Source: Methanobacteriota archaeon
Lineage (GTDB): Archaea > Thermoplasmatota > Poseidoniia > Poseidoniales > Thalassarchaeaceae
Reading direction: 5' to 3'
Length of the DNA stretch: 64,000 nt
Assembly: GCA_011523055.1 (NCBI GenBank)
Contig: WTHQ01000019.1
Coordinates: forward strand, 25,282 to 89,281
The notes beneath the pieces are model-generated. The model searched no databases. It was given only the letters and a program-made list of their open reading frames with translations, and was not told the origin of the DNA. Position numbers and translations under genes: made by a program. The number at the start of each line of letters is the position of its first letter. Positions within the stretch are counted from its first letter, which is position 1. This document shows positions 9,698-20,800 of this stretch, one piece after another.

Positions 9698-12223
9698 CTA
9701 TCGCCCCATCAGTGCTCTATGCACTGAATTTTGGATTTCTTTCATCCGTTTGTGGGCCCCAATGTCCTTGAAAACTGACAAGGACCTTTGGAGGTAGGCT
9801 ACTCTCTCGGATCTGTCGCTTCCTATGGCCCCGAGGCGGGCGAGGATCTCTGCCTGTAGGAGCCTGAAGTCGTTCGCCTCGGCTATGGATAGTGCGTCTA
9901 GGTAATGCTCAGAGGCCTCACTGGTTCTACCGACATCAACAAGAACCTGGCCTAGAAGCATCTCTGTCTCCACCGCATTAGTTGGGTTTGCATCCTCAGA
10001 AAATGTTTCTAGTGCCGCATTGTAATGCAATAAAGACAGCTCCACGTCCTTGGACTTTGCATAGAACCTCCCCAGGATGGCCCTGGATCGGGCATGCAGT
10101 TGCTGTTTATCCAATTCCAACGTCAAATCGTGGGCGCTCATTGCATGTTTCCTCGCCTTCTCGGATTCTCCGATTTCTAGGAAGCCATCAGCCAGCCTTA
10201 GTTGTGCTGAGATCAATTCCCTTTGGTCCTCGACCTCTAGCATCTCCTCTACGTTTTGGTACACCTCCCTGGCTCTTCGATCGTCTCTCCTTTGTCTGAA
10301 AATGGCCCCCATGCTGATGTACGAGTCCGCAGCGCCCCTTGCATCCTTGGTCTTGATCTGGAGGCTGAGCGCCTGCCTCAGCGTTTCCAGCGCATCATCA
10401 AGAGCCCCACGCTTGACCTCAAGGTCTGCGCGTGTGGAAAGTATTCTCGACATCGACTTTGAGTCCTTGATTCGCCTTGTTATGGATGTGGCTGAGTCTA
10501 GCTCCTTCTCCGCTTCGTCCCAGTTGCCCTGTATCAGCAGAATCTCCCCTGACAGCTCATGTACCAATGCTTGGGTTTTAGCCTCAAGGGCATCACCTTC
10601 TATGCCTCTCAGAATGCCAAGCAATTCAGTGTGGCCACCTCGCACGAGATCCAGTCCGTGGCCCTCCAATACGTGAGCTAGGGCCTCGAGGTCCCCGGAC
10701 ATGCTGAGGTGGTGAAGGTGTTCTATCCTGTCCTCCGTAGTAACAGATTGTTTCCCGTACCATTCAGCTGCAGATTTGTGCAGGTCTCTTCGAATTTGCT
10801 CATCCATTGACCTTGATGAGAATTCTCTAACGAGGTCGTGAACGTCCAGTTCGTCTTGGTTTGCCCTCCGCGCAAGCCCACCCTCGATAAGGCTCTCAAT
10901 GGCATCTTGCGAGGTCGGCCTCGGGAGGGCTTCGGAGGGTATTGGCTCCCTGAAAACGCTAATTGCCCCTAGAATGTTCTTCTCTTCTGAGGTCAGTTTG
11001 CTGAAGATCTCCTTCTCGACGAAGGCTTCGAGAGTGGTGTGGACTGACCCTGTGAAGTTGCCCCTATTGATGAGTTCGAGTACTAGGGGGTGCCCCCTGG
11101 AGAGGGCGTATATGTGGGAGAATCCAGGGTCGTCGATGGTTGACATGGAGCTCAGTAGTTTCCTGCTGGCACTTCGATCCAGTCCCTCAAGCCTGAGGTA
11201 GGTTGAGACTGTTCGGCCCCTTGGGTCGAATTCCGGCAGCAGCCTCCTGAATGATCTGGTGAACAGCACCATTCCAGCCTCACCACACTCATCTATCCTT
11301 TCAGACACTGACACAAGGATTGTGACCAGGGCCTCGTCGCTTATTTTGTGGACGTCGTCAATCACAACGAGTGATGGATTCTTCCTCATCCCCTCGATGA
11401 TTATGTTGGAGCAAATCGAGGGGTTCGGAGTCTGGGCTCCTTCCAGATAGTCCGAGAGTTCCATTTGACCCATAAGGCCCAGCCACTCCCCCATCGCCTC
11501 CAGGAATGAGCGTGAGCCGTCCCTCTCCTGGCATCGGTGGAAAAGTAGGTTCCTACGGTGCGTGAAGCGTTCAATGACCTTTGCTGCAAGTGCGGTCTTA
11601 CCTATGCCCGCGATCCCTGGGACGACGATCGACGTTGAGGCTTCTTCCAGCAGGTTCGCGATTTTGTCTAGCTCAGCCTCCCTCCCAAAGAATTTCCTAA
11701 CACGGGGCAAGTCCGCCAAAGATGATGAGAATTGTCTTTCGATATGCTTTGTGAGGTCCCTCTCTATGAGTTCCGAGTTCAAGCTCGTTAGATCAATCGT
11801 AGCATCATCGTCCATGTACCTGAGTACGTCAACGTGTCGGAGATCTATGTCGGACTTAGACACCAGCTCAGATATCGATAGCTCCTGGATCATACCACCT
11901 GATTGGATGGTTTTCACCAATTTACCGGACACCGATTCCCAGACCTCGTCGGATAGTGAGACCCCCTCGTCTGTCAGAAAGTATGCTTTCCTCTTCCTGG
12001 TGACCCCTGTGATGTGAGCTTGTCTTTCGATGACATGGCCGGATTCCTTCAGTGAGCCTATCGCCCGTGGAACGTTTGATCTTGCAATCGAGACAGCGTT
12101 TGCAATTCCCATCTGTGATAGGGCGAAGGGAACCTCGACCCTATCGCGGTAGTCGGCGTAGTCCCTTAGGTGGAGGAGTATGCGGATTTGAACGCCAGGT
12201 CGTGATGTGTTGTGACGAGGCAT
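9698..12223 (-). CDS. STAND-type signal-transduction NTPase: N-terminal winged-helix DNA-binding domain, AAA/NB-ARC-like ATPase, C-terminal TPR array
   Basis: wHTH-like N-terminus (VQIRILLHLRDY...GIANAVSIARSNVPRAIGSLKESGHV). FFGREAELDKI followed by Walker A VVPGIAGIGKTALAAKV. Walker B-like LVVIDDVH. C-terminal ~350 aa of TPR-like helical repeats. Confidence 0.8.
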   Translation of the reverse strand: MPRHNTSRPGVQIRILLHLRDYADYRDRVEVPFALSQMGIANAVSIARSNVPRAIGSLKESGHVIERQAHITGVTRKRKAYFLTDEGVSLSDEVWESVSGKLVKTIQSGGMIQELSISELVSKSDIDLRHVDVLRYMDDDATIDLTSLNSELIERDLTKHIERQFSSSLADLPRVRKFFGREAELDKIANLLEEASTSIVVPGIAGIGKTALAAKVIERFTHRRNLLFHRCQERDGSRSFLEAMGEWLGLMGQMELSDYLEGAQTPNPSICSNIIIEGMRKNPSLVVIDDVHKISDEALVTILVSVSERIDECGEAGMVLFTRSFRRLLPEFDPRGRTVSTYLRLEGLDRSASRKLLSSMSTIDDPGFSHIYALSRGHPLVLELINRGNFTGSVHTTLEAFVEKEIFSKLTSEEKNILGAISVFREPIPSEALPRPTSQDAIESLIEGGLARRANQDELDVHDLVREFSSRSMDEQIRRDLHKSAAEWYGKQSVTTEDRIEHLHHLSMSGDLEALAHVLEGHGLDLVRGGHTELLGILRGIEGDALEAKTQALVHELSGEILLIQGNWDEAEKELDSATSITRRIKDSKSMSRILSTRADLEVKRGALDDALETLRQALSLQIKTKDARGAADSYISMGAIFRQRRDDRRAREVYQNVEEMLEVEDQRELISAQLRLADGFLEIGESEKARKHAMSAHDLTLELDKQQLHARSRAILGRFYAKSKDVELSLLHYNAALETFSEDANPTNAVETEMLLGQVLVDVGRTSEASEHYLDALSIAEANDFRLLQAEILARLGAIGSDRSERVAYLQRSLSVFKDIGAHKRMKEIQNSVHRALMGR

Positions 12224-12285
12224 GGAAGTAGGCTATACCCTTCTCAATGAAAAGGATTGTTTACACAAGATCATGATTGACGCCT

Positions 12286-15200
12286 TTAGGCTTGGTCCTC
12301 TGGGACCCATTCCCCTGCTTCGACGTCCCACAACCAACCAGGGTTCTCAGCATCCTTGATGAATCTCTGATCCTGTGAAGCTGTATGGTCATCAATCAAG
12401 TCGCCACCATCGAACTCAACGAATCTCGCTCCAAGCGCGCCGAGGGCCGCGAGCACCAGCAACAGTGCACCTATCAATCCCCATGGGAGGCTCCCATCAT
12501 CGTCGGATCCATCTGATATCTGTGCCCCTTCTATCGGGTCTCCAATGCCCATGGTGAATTGTGGGGTGACTGTCCCGACGATCCTGTTTGCCGGTATGAT
12601 GAGGTTCCAAGTGCTATCCTCCTTGACCACTGTTGAATTTGCAGGGTTGGTGTCGATGTAAGCCGTGACTGACCTACCAGGTATGCCAGTGCCCTGGAAT
12701 AGTATGCCCGTGTCGCCCGGCCCGAGAGTACTGGTTTCCGGCTCGTTGACTGAAAAGATAGTTGGGATTACAATGAAGTCAACGGGATCAGATTGGACCT
12801 TTGAACCAAACACGTCTTGTGCGATGAAGACAACGTTCTCCATGTTCCATTCCGACATGTCCGTTGTGTAGAAGGCCATCACGTCCGGATCATATGTAGC
12901 GATGCCACTTGAGTCGATCCTGATTCCAATGGCATGTTGATCATCGATGACTGCCATTATTATGTCCTGATCAGGGTCGGGATCTGAGAAGTGATTGGTC
13001 AGGTCGATGGTTATCGAAGTGCATCGGTCGAGCAGATCAAGGTTTTCGGCATCGCAATAGAGGGTGAATTCCTGCTGCCAGCCCTCGCTGTCGAAAATAG
13101 GACGGTTGTTTCCTCTGTTCGGGGGGTTGTCAGCAATGAACTCTATTTGGTCCCACTGCGAGTGACCAATTCCATCGAAGCTCCGTGCATGTATCGTGTA
13201 AGGTCGATCATGCTGTAGATTCCGGGAGTCCCATGATGTCGACCAATAATCTCCTTGGATTTCGGATCCTGTCAAGGTGATCGTGTCCACAACGATTCCG
13301 TCTATTGGGTCCCTGATTTCTATATCTATCCTGTTTACCTCTCCGTCAGGGTCCTGAGCGACTCCTGAAATCAGACTATTTTCTGATGCTGTTACGTATG
13401 AGCCATCAACTGGCTCCGATAGTTGCAATAGAGGTTTCCTGTTCTCATTATCGATTGTTAAAGTCAAAACCTGTGGATTGCACTCGTCAACGATGCCCAG
13501 ACAGAAGTCTGAGTCAGATGCCCAGATGGTAAAGGTGTAGTCATCTGAGGTTCTTGGCAGTGCTGCGTAACTCCATTCATACGTCCATGCGTTTCCAGTC
13601 CAAACAGCATCTGCGGGTGTGTCACTGTAGTACCCATCCCCCTCGATTATGAAATAGATGTCTTGAATATCGGAACCACAACTCAGAGGGCACCCATAGT
13701 CATCAGTTGCGATCCCTGAGAAGGTTATTTTTTTGTCTTCAATTCTGTGGGTTGTTGAGTCAGCTGGTTCTGAGACTGTTATCGATGGTGGTTGAGTGTT
13801 GAGTTTTACCGTCTTGGATACAATCTCGCTGTAATCGAGGCCGTCGAAGGACCGTATCTCGAACACATAGTCATCCTCCGGATACTCCGACATGTCCAAT
13901 GAGTATTCCCATGTCCTGAACGGATGATTTGTTCCAGTGACCTCTCCTGGCCCCATTCCAGACGTGTCAATGGCGGTGCCGGCATTCTCCCATGCCCCAG
14001 TAAATGGATCCTTCACCTCGACCCTGTGCACGTAACCCTTCTGTGCCCACCTAGACTCTTCCGCGGACGGGTAGACTCCGATCCACTCTCCGTCCCATGC
14101 TGTGCCTGTGATCGTGACTATTCTCTTGAAGGACGTGTCACTTGATTCATCCAGACTTATTGAGGGAGCGTCATTTTCCAGCGTCACCGTTCCCTCGTAG
14201 GTGGACTCTGGGAGAAGGAAGTCATACTGATAGTAACCTGACCCGAATTTGTACCCTGTTACGAAGTACTTTGACATCTCACGGCTACCAGTAGAGTAGT
14301 CACAGGAGTCATCCTGCGTGTCATAGAGGAGGTCGCCATCGTTGTCTATCCCATCCGAGCAAGAGTCCTCATACTCGTCATCTGCGAAGCCGTCTGGGTT
14401 GTCCCCTCCTTGCAGACCCCTGAAGTCGAGATGTGAGTTTGATGGTAGCGCGATCCATGGCGTCCTTCCGTCCTCGAGCGTCTCAAGGGAGTAGAGGTCA
14501 TTGCCCACTCCATCCTCGACTAGTATGTTCGCCCCAGGCACGGCCGTGCCATCTACTATGGCTTGGAACCTTACCATCTCCGCGCGCTTCACCTGTACAG
14601 AGTAGAATGTCGGCTGGGTCGCGATTTGAATCTTGGAGAGGTCCAAGTTCGCGACGTTGGAGAAAGTGAACACAGTGGAGTTGTTATCCATATTCAACGC
14701 CAATGGGAAGTCAAGGGGAGTGTAGTCGGGGCAGATAGCGCAGCTCGTTGTTTGATGAGGCACTATATTTGTGTCCCAGTCCCCATCCGGATTACCATCG
14801 TTGTCGTTGTCTACGACTCCCGGCCATGCTTCTTGATCGTCCCATGAGAGCTTGACCGGCACTTCCCCAGCAGGGGCGTCTGGAATTGTTTCCGATTGGA
14901 CCGTGACCGATGATTTCGTCACATTGTAGGTGCTAGTGACCCCGTTCCATAGATTCTCGGTGAAATATGCAAGTGTGCCATATTGTTGAGCTCCAGCGGC
15001 ACCCGTGTCAAAGTTCTGGAGGACAGCACCCTGAGAATTTAGGTTCCAGGTGTTCCTCTGGACATTGAGCAACGCCCCCGTTGCCCTGATTCCGTCGGCG
15101 GACCCGCTTGCGGTGAAGACGTTATCGACAAGTGTCGCACCTGCCCTGTGAACCATCACGACCGGACACGTAAACTCCCCGTCCCAGTGCGTATTGGACT

Positions 15201-16533
15201 GGCATGTGCCGGTCCCGAGGCTTGAGACCTGGTTGTTTGCGAAGTACAGCCTTCTGACATCGGGGTTATCGCCGACCCAATAGTCTCCGGCAATCACTGG
15301 CTCCCTTGCAGTGTCGCTGATCGTGTTGTTCTGTGCGTCTACGTCGAATGAGCCTATGAGCCAGAGCCCATTCCAACCACCAATCGGCCCGATGTCATTT
15401 CCGTGTATAGTCGCACGACTGGACTGGATGGCGATTCCCGAGCCACTCGCTGCCCCGCTGAGGTCATTTTCATGGATCTCGGCTAGAGATCCCGCATAGG
15501 CGGTTATCGGAGTGCCGTCTGCGGTTGTGATGACATTATTGGAAACGTTGGTCGGGTACTCATTCGAGCCGATGGTAATCATTCCGTTTATGTCCACGCC
15601 ATTGCAATTTACGTTGATTGTGGAATCCGTGACCTTACCGGCTGAGGACCTGTAGCTGAGCCCGAAATCTCCACTGATGACGTTTATGTTTCTGAAGTCT
15701 GCGAATGATTCTTCGACCCAAACCGCTGATCGGCCGTTATCCTGATTTCGACACCCTCTCTCAGTGGATATGAAATCGGAGTTCTCGAAGGTGATGGGGA
15801 TGCTTCCTGTGCCTCCCCCATAAATCTGGACAGCGTTCCCTGTGACTCCACTCTGCTCATCATTTCCAACTGTGTAGGTGCCACCAACGAATCTTGGTTG
15901 GGCGAGCTCCGTTGCTAGTACGCTTGAGGTGTTGGTGTCCGTGAACTGGAGCTCCACCAATTCAGGGGATGCCCCCTGGAGCACTAGGGCCCCATAACGG
16001 AATTGGTTCACCGTGGGAACTGGAAATGGGACGCCCCATGCCGACTCGATATCGAGGAACTGAAGTACAGTCTCAGACAGATCTATTGTACTGCGGATGA
16101 TTATGCCCTCGCCACATGAAGGGTCCTCGATACCAAGGGTGGATGTTCCATAGGACATACCATCGCAGTCCCCCTTGGCGGACGCGTTGGATGGATCTAG
16201 CCAGGTCATCGATATGCGACTGGAGGCAGAGGCGTCCTGGGAAGCCCCGCAAGATGCCGCGCCGACGCAGAGATTCCCACGGGCCTCCAATGAGGTTCCA
16301 TTGGAGAATGTGACTTCAGTGGATGGCTCGATTATCAATTTTGCACCAGGTGAGATGATTATGTCACCGCTGACGGTATGCGACCCAGACCATGTCTCTA
16401 TTGAGTTGATGTAGCCTGAGCTGGTTGTATTCTGGGCGGACACTGAGGAAGCGGGGCCTACCAATGCAGCCAATGTTGAAAGTAGTAGAATGGTCACCAG
16501 CGCTCTGCTCTTCAATCCGGCCAACTCGCCCAT
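12286..16533 (-). CDS. giant cell-surface protein (~1415 aa): right-handed parallel beta-helix region, acidic DNDGD-type calcium-binding motifs, multiple Ig-like domains, C-terminal TM anchor
   Basis: Start chosen at the internal Met MGELAGLKSRALVTILLLSTLAALVGPASSVSAQ (signal peptide); the annotated ORF extends to 16752. PbH1-like repeats (NNVITTADG...IHGNDIG...NNTISDT...). DNDNDGNPDGDWD and IDNDGDLLYD motifs. C-terminal LPWGLIGALLLVLAALGALGA helix. Confidence 0.85.
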   Translation of the reverse strand: MGELAGLKSRALVTILLLSTLAALVGPASSVSAQNTTSSGYINSIETWSGSHTVSGDIIISPGAKLIIEPSTEVTFSNGTSLEARGNLCVGAASCGASQDASASSRISMTWLDPSNASAKGDCDGMSYGTSTLGIEDPSCGEGIIIRSTIDLSETVLQFLDIESAWGVPFPVPTVNQFRYGALVLQGASPELVELQFTDTNTSSVLATELAQPRFVGGTYTVGNDEQSGVTGNAVQIYGGGTGSIPITFENSDFISTERGCRNQDNGRSAVWVEESFADFRNINVISGDFGLSYRSSAGKVTDSTINVNCNGVDINGMITIGSNEYPTNVSNNVITTADGTPITAYAGSLAEIHENDLSGAASGSGIAIQSSRATIHGNDIGPIGGWNGLWLIGSFDVDAQNNTISDTAREPVIAGDYWVGDNPDVRRLYFANNQVSSLGTGTCQSNTHWDGEFTCPVVMVHRAGATLVDNVFTASGSADGIRATGALLNVQRNTWNLNSQGAVLQNFDTGAAGAQQYGTLAYFTENLWNGVTSTYNVTKSSVTVQSETIPDAPAGEVPVKLSWDDQEAWPGVVDNDNDGNPDGDWDTNIVPHQTTSCAICPDYTPLDFPLALNMDNNSTVFTFSNVANLDLSKIQIATQPTFYSVQVKRAEMVRFQAIVDGTAVPGANILVEDGVGNDLYSLETLEDGRTPWIALPSNSHLDFRGLQGGDNPDGFADDEYEDSCSDGIDNDGDLLYDTQDDSCDYSTGSREMSKYFVTGYKFGSGYYQYDFLLPESTYEGTVTLENDAPSISLDESSDTSFKRIVTITGTAWDGEWIGVYPSAEESRWAQKGYVHRVEVKDPFTGAWENAGTAIDTSGMGPGEVTGTNHPFRTWEYSLDMSEYPEDDYVFEIRSFDGLDYSEIVSKTVKLNTQPPSITVSEPADSTTHRIEDKKITFSGIATDDYGCPLSCGSDIQDIYFIIEGDGYYSDTPADAVWTGNAWTYEWSYAALPRTSDDYTFTIWASDSDFCLGIVDECNPQVLTLTIDNENRKPLLQLSEPVDGSYVTASENSLISGVAQDPDGEVNRIDIEIRDPIDGIVVDTITLTGSEIQGDYWSTSWDSRNLQHDRPYTIHARSFDGIGHSQWDQIEFIADNPPNRGNNRPIFDSEGWQQEFTLYCDAENLDLLDRCTSITIDLTNHFSDPDPDQDIIMAVIDDQHAIGIRIDSSGIATYDPDVMAFYTTDMSEWNMENVVFIAQDVFGSKVQSDPVDFIVIPTIFSVNEPETSTLGPGDTGILFQGTGIPGRSVTAYIDTNPANSTVVKEDSTWNLIIPANRIVGTVTPQFTMGIGDPIEGAQISDGSDDDGSLPWGLIGALLLVLAALGALGARFVEFDGGDLIDDHTASQDQRFIKDAENPGWLWDVEAGEWVPEDQA

Positions 16534-16582
16534 GCTTGCACTCGGCGTGTCAACAGATATAACCCTAGGCGGGATATGGGAG

Positions 16583-17815
16583 TCACCAGTTGTCTGCGGA
16601 GGCCTCGATGGCATCTCGCCATGCCACAGCATCAAGCATGCCATATCCTGATCTCGGATCGTGGCCGATCTGGTCTTTCGTTTGTTTTGCGCTCTCGGCA
16701 AGTGCCCTCTTGAAATGATGAATGCGGTCCTCATCGTAATCCTCGAGGTCAAGAAGGTCTTTTTCAGAGAGATCCTGGAGGATCAATGACAAGGTAGCGG
16801 TGACAAACATGGTAGCGTCACTTGTACCGGTTGAATATGCATAGGGTGGAGATTTCTCACTGGAAACGGTGGATAGAATGTAGGACCCAGGGGCTAGGAT
16901 CTCAGGCTTTTGGTTCGGCCAGACTCTAACTGACTCAGTGTATGGGTCGAAGTCCGAACCGATTGAGGTGTTTGACCAAGGCGTCAGAAACCTGTCATAC
17001 GCACCGACGCTGATGACTCCCTCTACGTTTGCGGGCGTTGATACGTCTAGATTGTTCGGTCCGGCGTTGCCCGCCGCGGCAACGACGAAGATCCCACTAT
17101 CAAGTGCATCGTTGACTGCGGTGGAAACGGATCTCGATGCTTGTTGGGAAGATGCCTCGAATGGGCCGCCCAGTGACAAGCTGATAATGTTCACCTGTTG
17201 AGAAACACGGCACCACTGGATGGCATCTGCAACTCTGATGCTATTGCCGGTGGTGCCCTCTGGACCTAGGCCGACCGCTATGCTTAGTGTCACACCCTTT
17301 GCCATGCCGCTCAATGGGCCAGATCCGTTCGAGACGAGCAACCCGGCCATGGCGGTGCCATGGTGAGATTGGCTAACGTCCCTAACCGAATCATGCTGAA
17401 ATGCGTAAAAGTCCCTGAATCCAACTAGATTCATTTTTTGGAGATCGGGGTGCGAGGCATCTATCCCCGTGTCGACTATGCATACTTTGATCCCGCTTCC
17501 GTCCAATCCCTCATTGGCTAGGTCCCTCACTCCTGAGGACTCATATGCCCAGTCCGAGGCAGGGAGGTACGGGGTCAATAATGGTTGGATCATCGGCCAG
17601 AGCAGCATCATAACGATCATTGTCGCGGCCCCCCCGACCGCACCATATGGCCATACGAAGGTGGAGATTGAGGTCATCGGCCTCCGAAGGTCCCTGGCCT
17701 CGAGGTCAGAGAGGCCATAGGCCTCCCCAGGATACCCTTCCGCCTCTTTGTCGACCGCTGTCAGGATGGCACGGTCCCCCGGTTCTGGCATCAACTCGAC
17801 GCCATCGCCAGGCAC
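16583..17815 (-). CDS. subtilisin-like serine protease (peptidase S8) with N-terminal TM segment
   Basis: Catalytic Asp VCIVDTGID, His HGTAMAGL, Ser GTSDATMFVTA. N-terminal hydrophobic helix GAVGGAATMIVMMLLWPMIQPLL. Alternative start at MTSIS possible. Confidence 0.85.
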   Translation of the reverse strand: MPGDGVELMPEPGDRAILTAVDKEAEGYPGEAYGLSDLEARDLRRPMTSISTFVWPYGAVGGAATMIVMMLLWPMIQPLLTPYLPASDWAYESSGVRDLANEGLDGSGIKVCIVDTGIDASHPDLQKMNLVGFRDFYAFQHDSVRDVSQSHHGTAMAGLLVSNGSGPLSGMAKGVTLSIAVGLGPEGTTGNSIRVADAIQWCRVSQQVNIISLSLGGPFEASSQQASRSVSTAVNDALDSGIFVVAAAGNAGPNNLDVSTPANVEGVISVGAYDRFLTPWSNTSIGSDFDPYTESVRVWPNQKPEILAPGSYILSTVSSEKSPPYAYSTGTSDATMFVTATLSLILQDLSEKDLLDLEDYDEDRIHHFKRALAESAKQTKDQIGHDPRSGYGMLDAVAWRDAIEASADNW

Positions 17816-17835
17816 TGCTACCCACCTACGCTCAG

Positions 17836-20800
17836 TCAGAAGGGCGCGTTGGGTTTCCTTCCGGGCCTTCTGGTCAATAGGATCAAGAGGCCCCCGAGAA
17901 TGACGATTAGCACGACCATCAAAACTTGGGTGGCATTTCCAGCCTCATCGACACTTGGAGACTGGAGGTTGTATTTCTTTGTGTAAGGGTCCTCAGAGGA
18001 CTCCTTCCCGTCAACCGATTCTATTGAGAAAACGATCCAAGCATCCCCTTGAGTGAGTGAGCTGAAGTTAAGGTCCAAGAATGCCGTGTCTTGGCCACCT
18101 GCAGGAATCGAGAGGACTGTACTAGCGTTGATGCCGGATAGCTCTGCTTGAGCGGAGGTCTTGTGGTCCGCCCTGACCACTACCTCTCCTGCTTCAACCA
18201 AACCATTGTTTTCTACTGTCAGCACCACAGTCTGAGTTGATCCATAGACAGGGTCCTTGCCCCCTCCCAACCATGAAACACTATCTCTATCGATCGATAT
18301 GACGGCAAACTGCGCGCTTACCTCAAGCACAACTGGTTGGTATTCAGTCTGATCGCCGCCGATGACGTACATGGTTAGCGAGAACGGCTCGTCTGTGGCA
18401 GCCTCTGGCGCACTCAGTACGACGGATACTGCTTGGCTTTCGAACGCCCCAACGGTGACCGACTGCACGCCGGTCCTCGTCCAACCTTCGGGCAAGGCAT
18501 CATCGTCAAATGAGATCGCGAACACCTCGTCCGAATTCCCATCGTTCTGGAACGTTAGCTGTAGGTTTTGCTGGGATCCCGGCCTGACGCCATACAACTC
18601 ATCGGGTTCCTCCGCTAGGCTCCAACCAGTAGTCTTTGGGACGTTGACCATTACCTCAACGTCCTCATTGACCCCATTGTCTGATGATATCTGAATGGCC
18701 ACTGCCCGTCCGTCGGGGAAGTGCCGTGCCACAGTGGAGTTCGGGGGCGTAATCTTGACACTGATGGTCTTCTGGTCGTCATCAATTGACATTAGTAGGG
18801 TCGTAGAATCGGTGTACTCCCCGGACCCGTTGTCAATTTGGATCGCCCATTCGGCTGAGTCGGTGCCTGGTACTGTGGCCCTTATGTTGAATTCATCTGA
18901 TGTCTCATGGCCCTCGTAGTCAATGACGACCTCGACGAATATTGGGTCGTAACCCCCCATACCATCGAGTTCTGCGACAAGTATTCCGGCTTCGTCGACG
19001 ATGGCGGATGTTGATGAGCCCACAGACGCCGATATGGCGCTATTTGAGATTCTATTGAACCTCAGGTCGATTGGTGCAGTCTCGAATGAGTCCGAAATGG
19101 TTGACGAGGGGATGCTGATGGACTGGCCTGCCTCGTATGCCATGGTCCTATCCTGCTGGTGGACCTCGAAATCCCCAGAGACGGTAACAGAACCCGATGG
19201 GAGTAGTACCCTGATTTCTCCGTTTGAGGGCACAGCCAGCCTCCATTCTACTGAGGGGCCTGACTCCATGAGAAGCGTTATCTCATCGGCTAGGATATCG
19301 GAGCCATCCAGGTCCATGTCGATTGAGGAGATGGAGTGGAGTCCGCCCTCGTAGTCGATCCATGAGCCATTCATCACGAGCCATCCCCCGGGCACGAGGT
19401 CAACGTCCGCTTGGCCCCCATCCACTAGATCTGCGAATATGGGGGCGAAGGCGACCAGGTTTCTGGATTCATCACGGATCTGTAGCACGTACCTGCCGGG
19501 CTCAAGATCAACGGACCATGTCCCGTCCCAATCCTGTCCCCCTCCCTTGTCAGCTGAGACTGATGGCATTGCGAATCCCTCTCTTGGGACCAATAGGATT
19601 TCAATATCGTCCGACCAGGCGGGATCCACTGATTCACCGAGGTATGTGATGCTGCCTCTGGCCGTGACCGTACCTGCTGTGAGTTCGACATCTAGGTCGA
19701 CTGGCGCGCTCTCGATGGAAGTGTTGGCTTCCATGGTCGCGAATCCGTCTTTTTCGACTGTTATAGAAAGGGTGACATTCGACCGCACCAACGTTGAGTA
19801 TGTTCCAGACTCATCAGTGGTGATTTCCACTGTGGACTGTCCGTCATCCACCAATATGGTAGCATTGGATACTCCCTCTGCGACATCTGCTTGGCCGTCC
19901 TTGTCGAAGTCCCAGAACACCTTCCCAGAGAGGGTGACCTCCCTCTGCGCTTGGAGTGTTACTTCCCTGAGCTGCCCTGCTTGAACCTGGTCAATGTGCG
20001 TCTCTTGAATGACTATCCTGACGCCACCGACCTCTTCGTCATGGCTTATGCTCCAGTTGCCTGGGACGACGTTTGCTGACGAGGAACCAGTTTCGTTCGT
20101 GATGGGCATCTTCACCGAACCCAGGCCATCCTGCGACTCGAGGAATAGTCTCTGGCCCGCAACAGGGCTGGAGGACTCAGTGTCGAGTATCGTTATGTTC
20201 AACGTGGCCATCTCTGTGAGTTCCAATGTCATTTCAGGGGACTCTGAGCCTGCGATTACCTCGACATGGGACCTGACTCCTAGCACAGTGTTGTCACCGG
20301 GCTCAAAGCCATCAATCTCAATTATTGTTTGCCCTGTTGGCAGCAGGGCGAGTATGTTGCCGTCTTCATTGGTCCTCAGCGTTGTCACTGTCACAGGATC
20401 CGTGTCAATGTTCCTGAATTTCACATCCAAATCAGGAACAGGGGCCAGGAGTTGGTCAAGGATGGTGACATTGACGACCCCCTCTGGATCAAACCCTATG
20501 TCTCTGGCAAGGGATGTTGGTTGGTAGGGAACCTGTAGATTGGTGTCACCAGTTAGGATCCTCGTGCCGAAGAGAGTCTCGTCCGGGTTAAGGATGGATG
20601 TCTCGATGACGTAGTTGCCCGGTTCCAGCTCTATGTTCGCGGATCCTGTCGTGGATGTTGTTAGGTTCCGCTCGATTCCATTTGGGTTGAGTGGGACGAT
20701 CCTGAAGTCCGCAACTACGCCACTGCCGTTCGTGAAATTGCCATCCCCTGAGGTGTCGATGAAAGCAAACAGGTCCAAGGTGCTGTTGACTGGTGTTATG

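Noticed and set aside
10077-12017. Antisense ORFs 10077..10676 (+, 199 aa) and 11562..12017 (+, 151 aa) inside the STAND gene
   Set aside because: Ser-rich low-complexity products with no domain signal. The opposite strand encodes a coherent Walker-A/TPR protein.
8849-12223. MBL-fold hydrolase + STAND NTPase as a two-gene antiviral defence system
   Set aside because: The genes are convergent, not co-transcribed. The MBL protein matches the housekeeping YycJ/WalJ family motif set. The STAND protein has a DNA-binding wHTH rather than an effector N-terminus. A regulator role is more parsimonious, so I kept this as a low-level note only.
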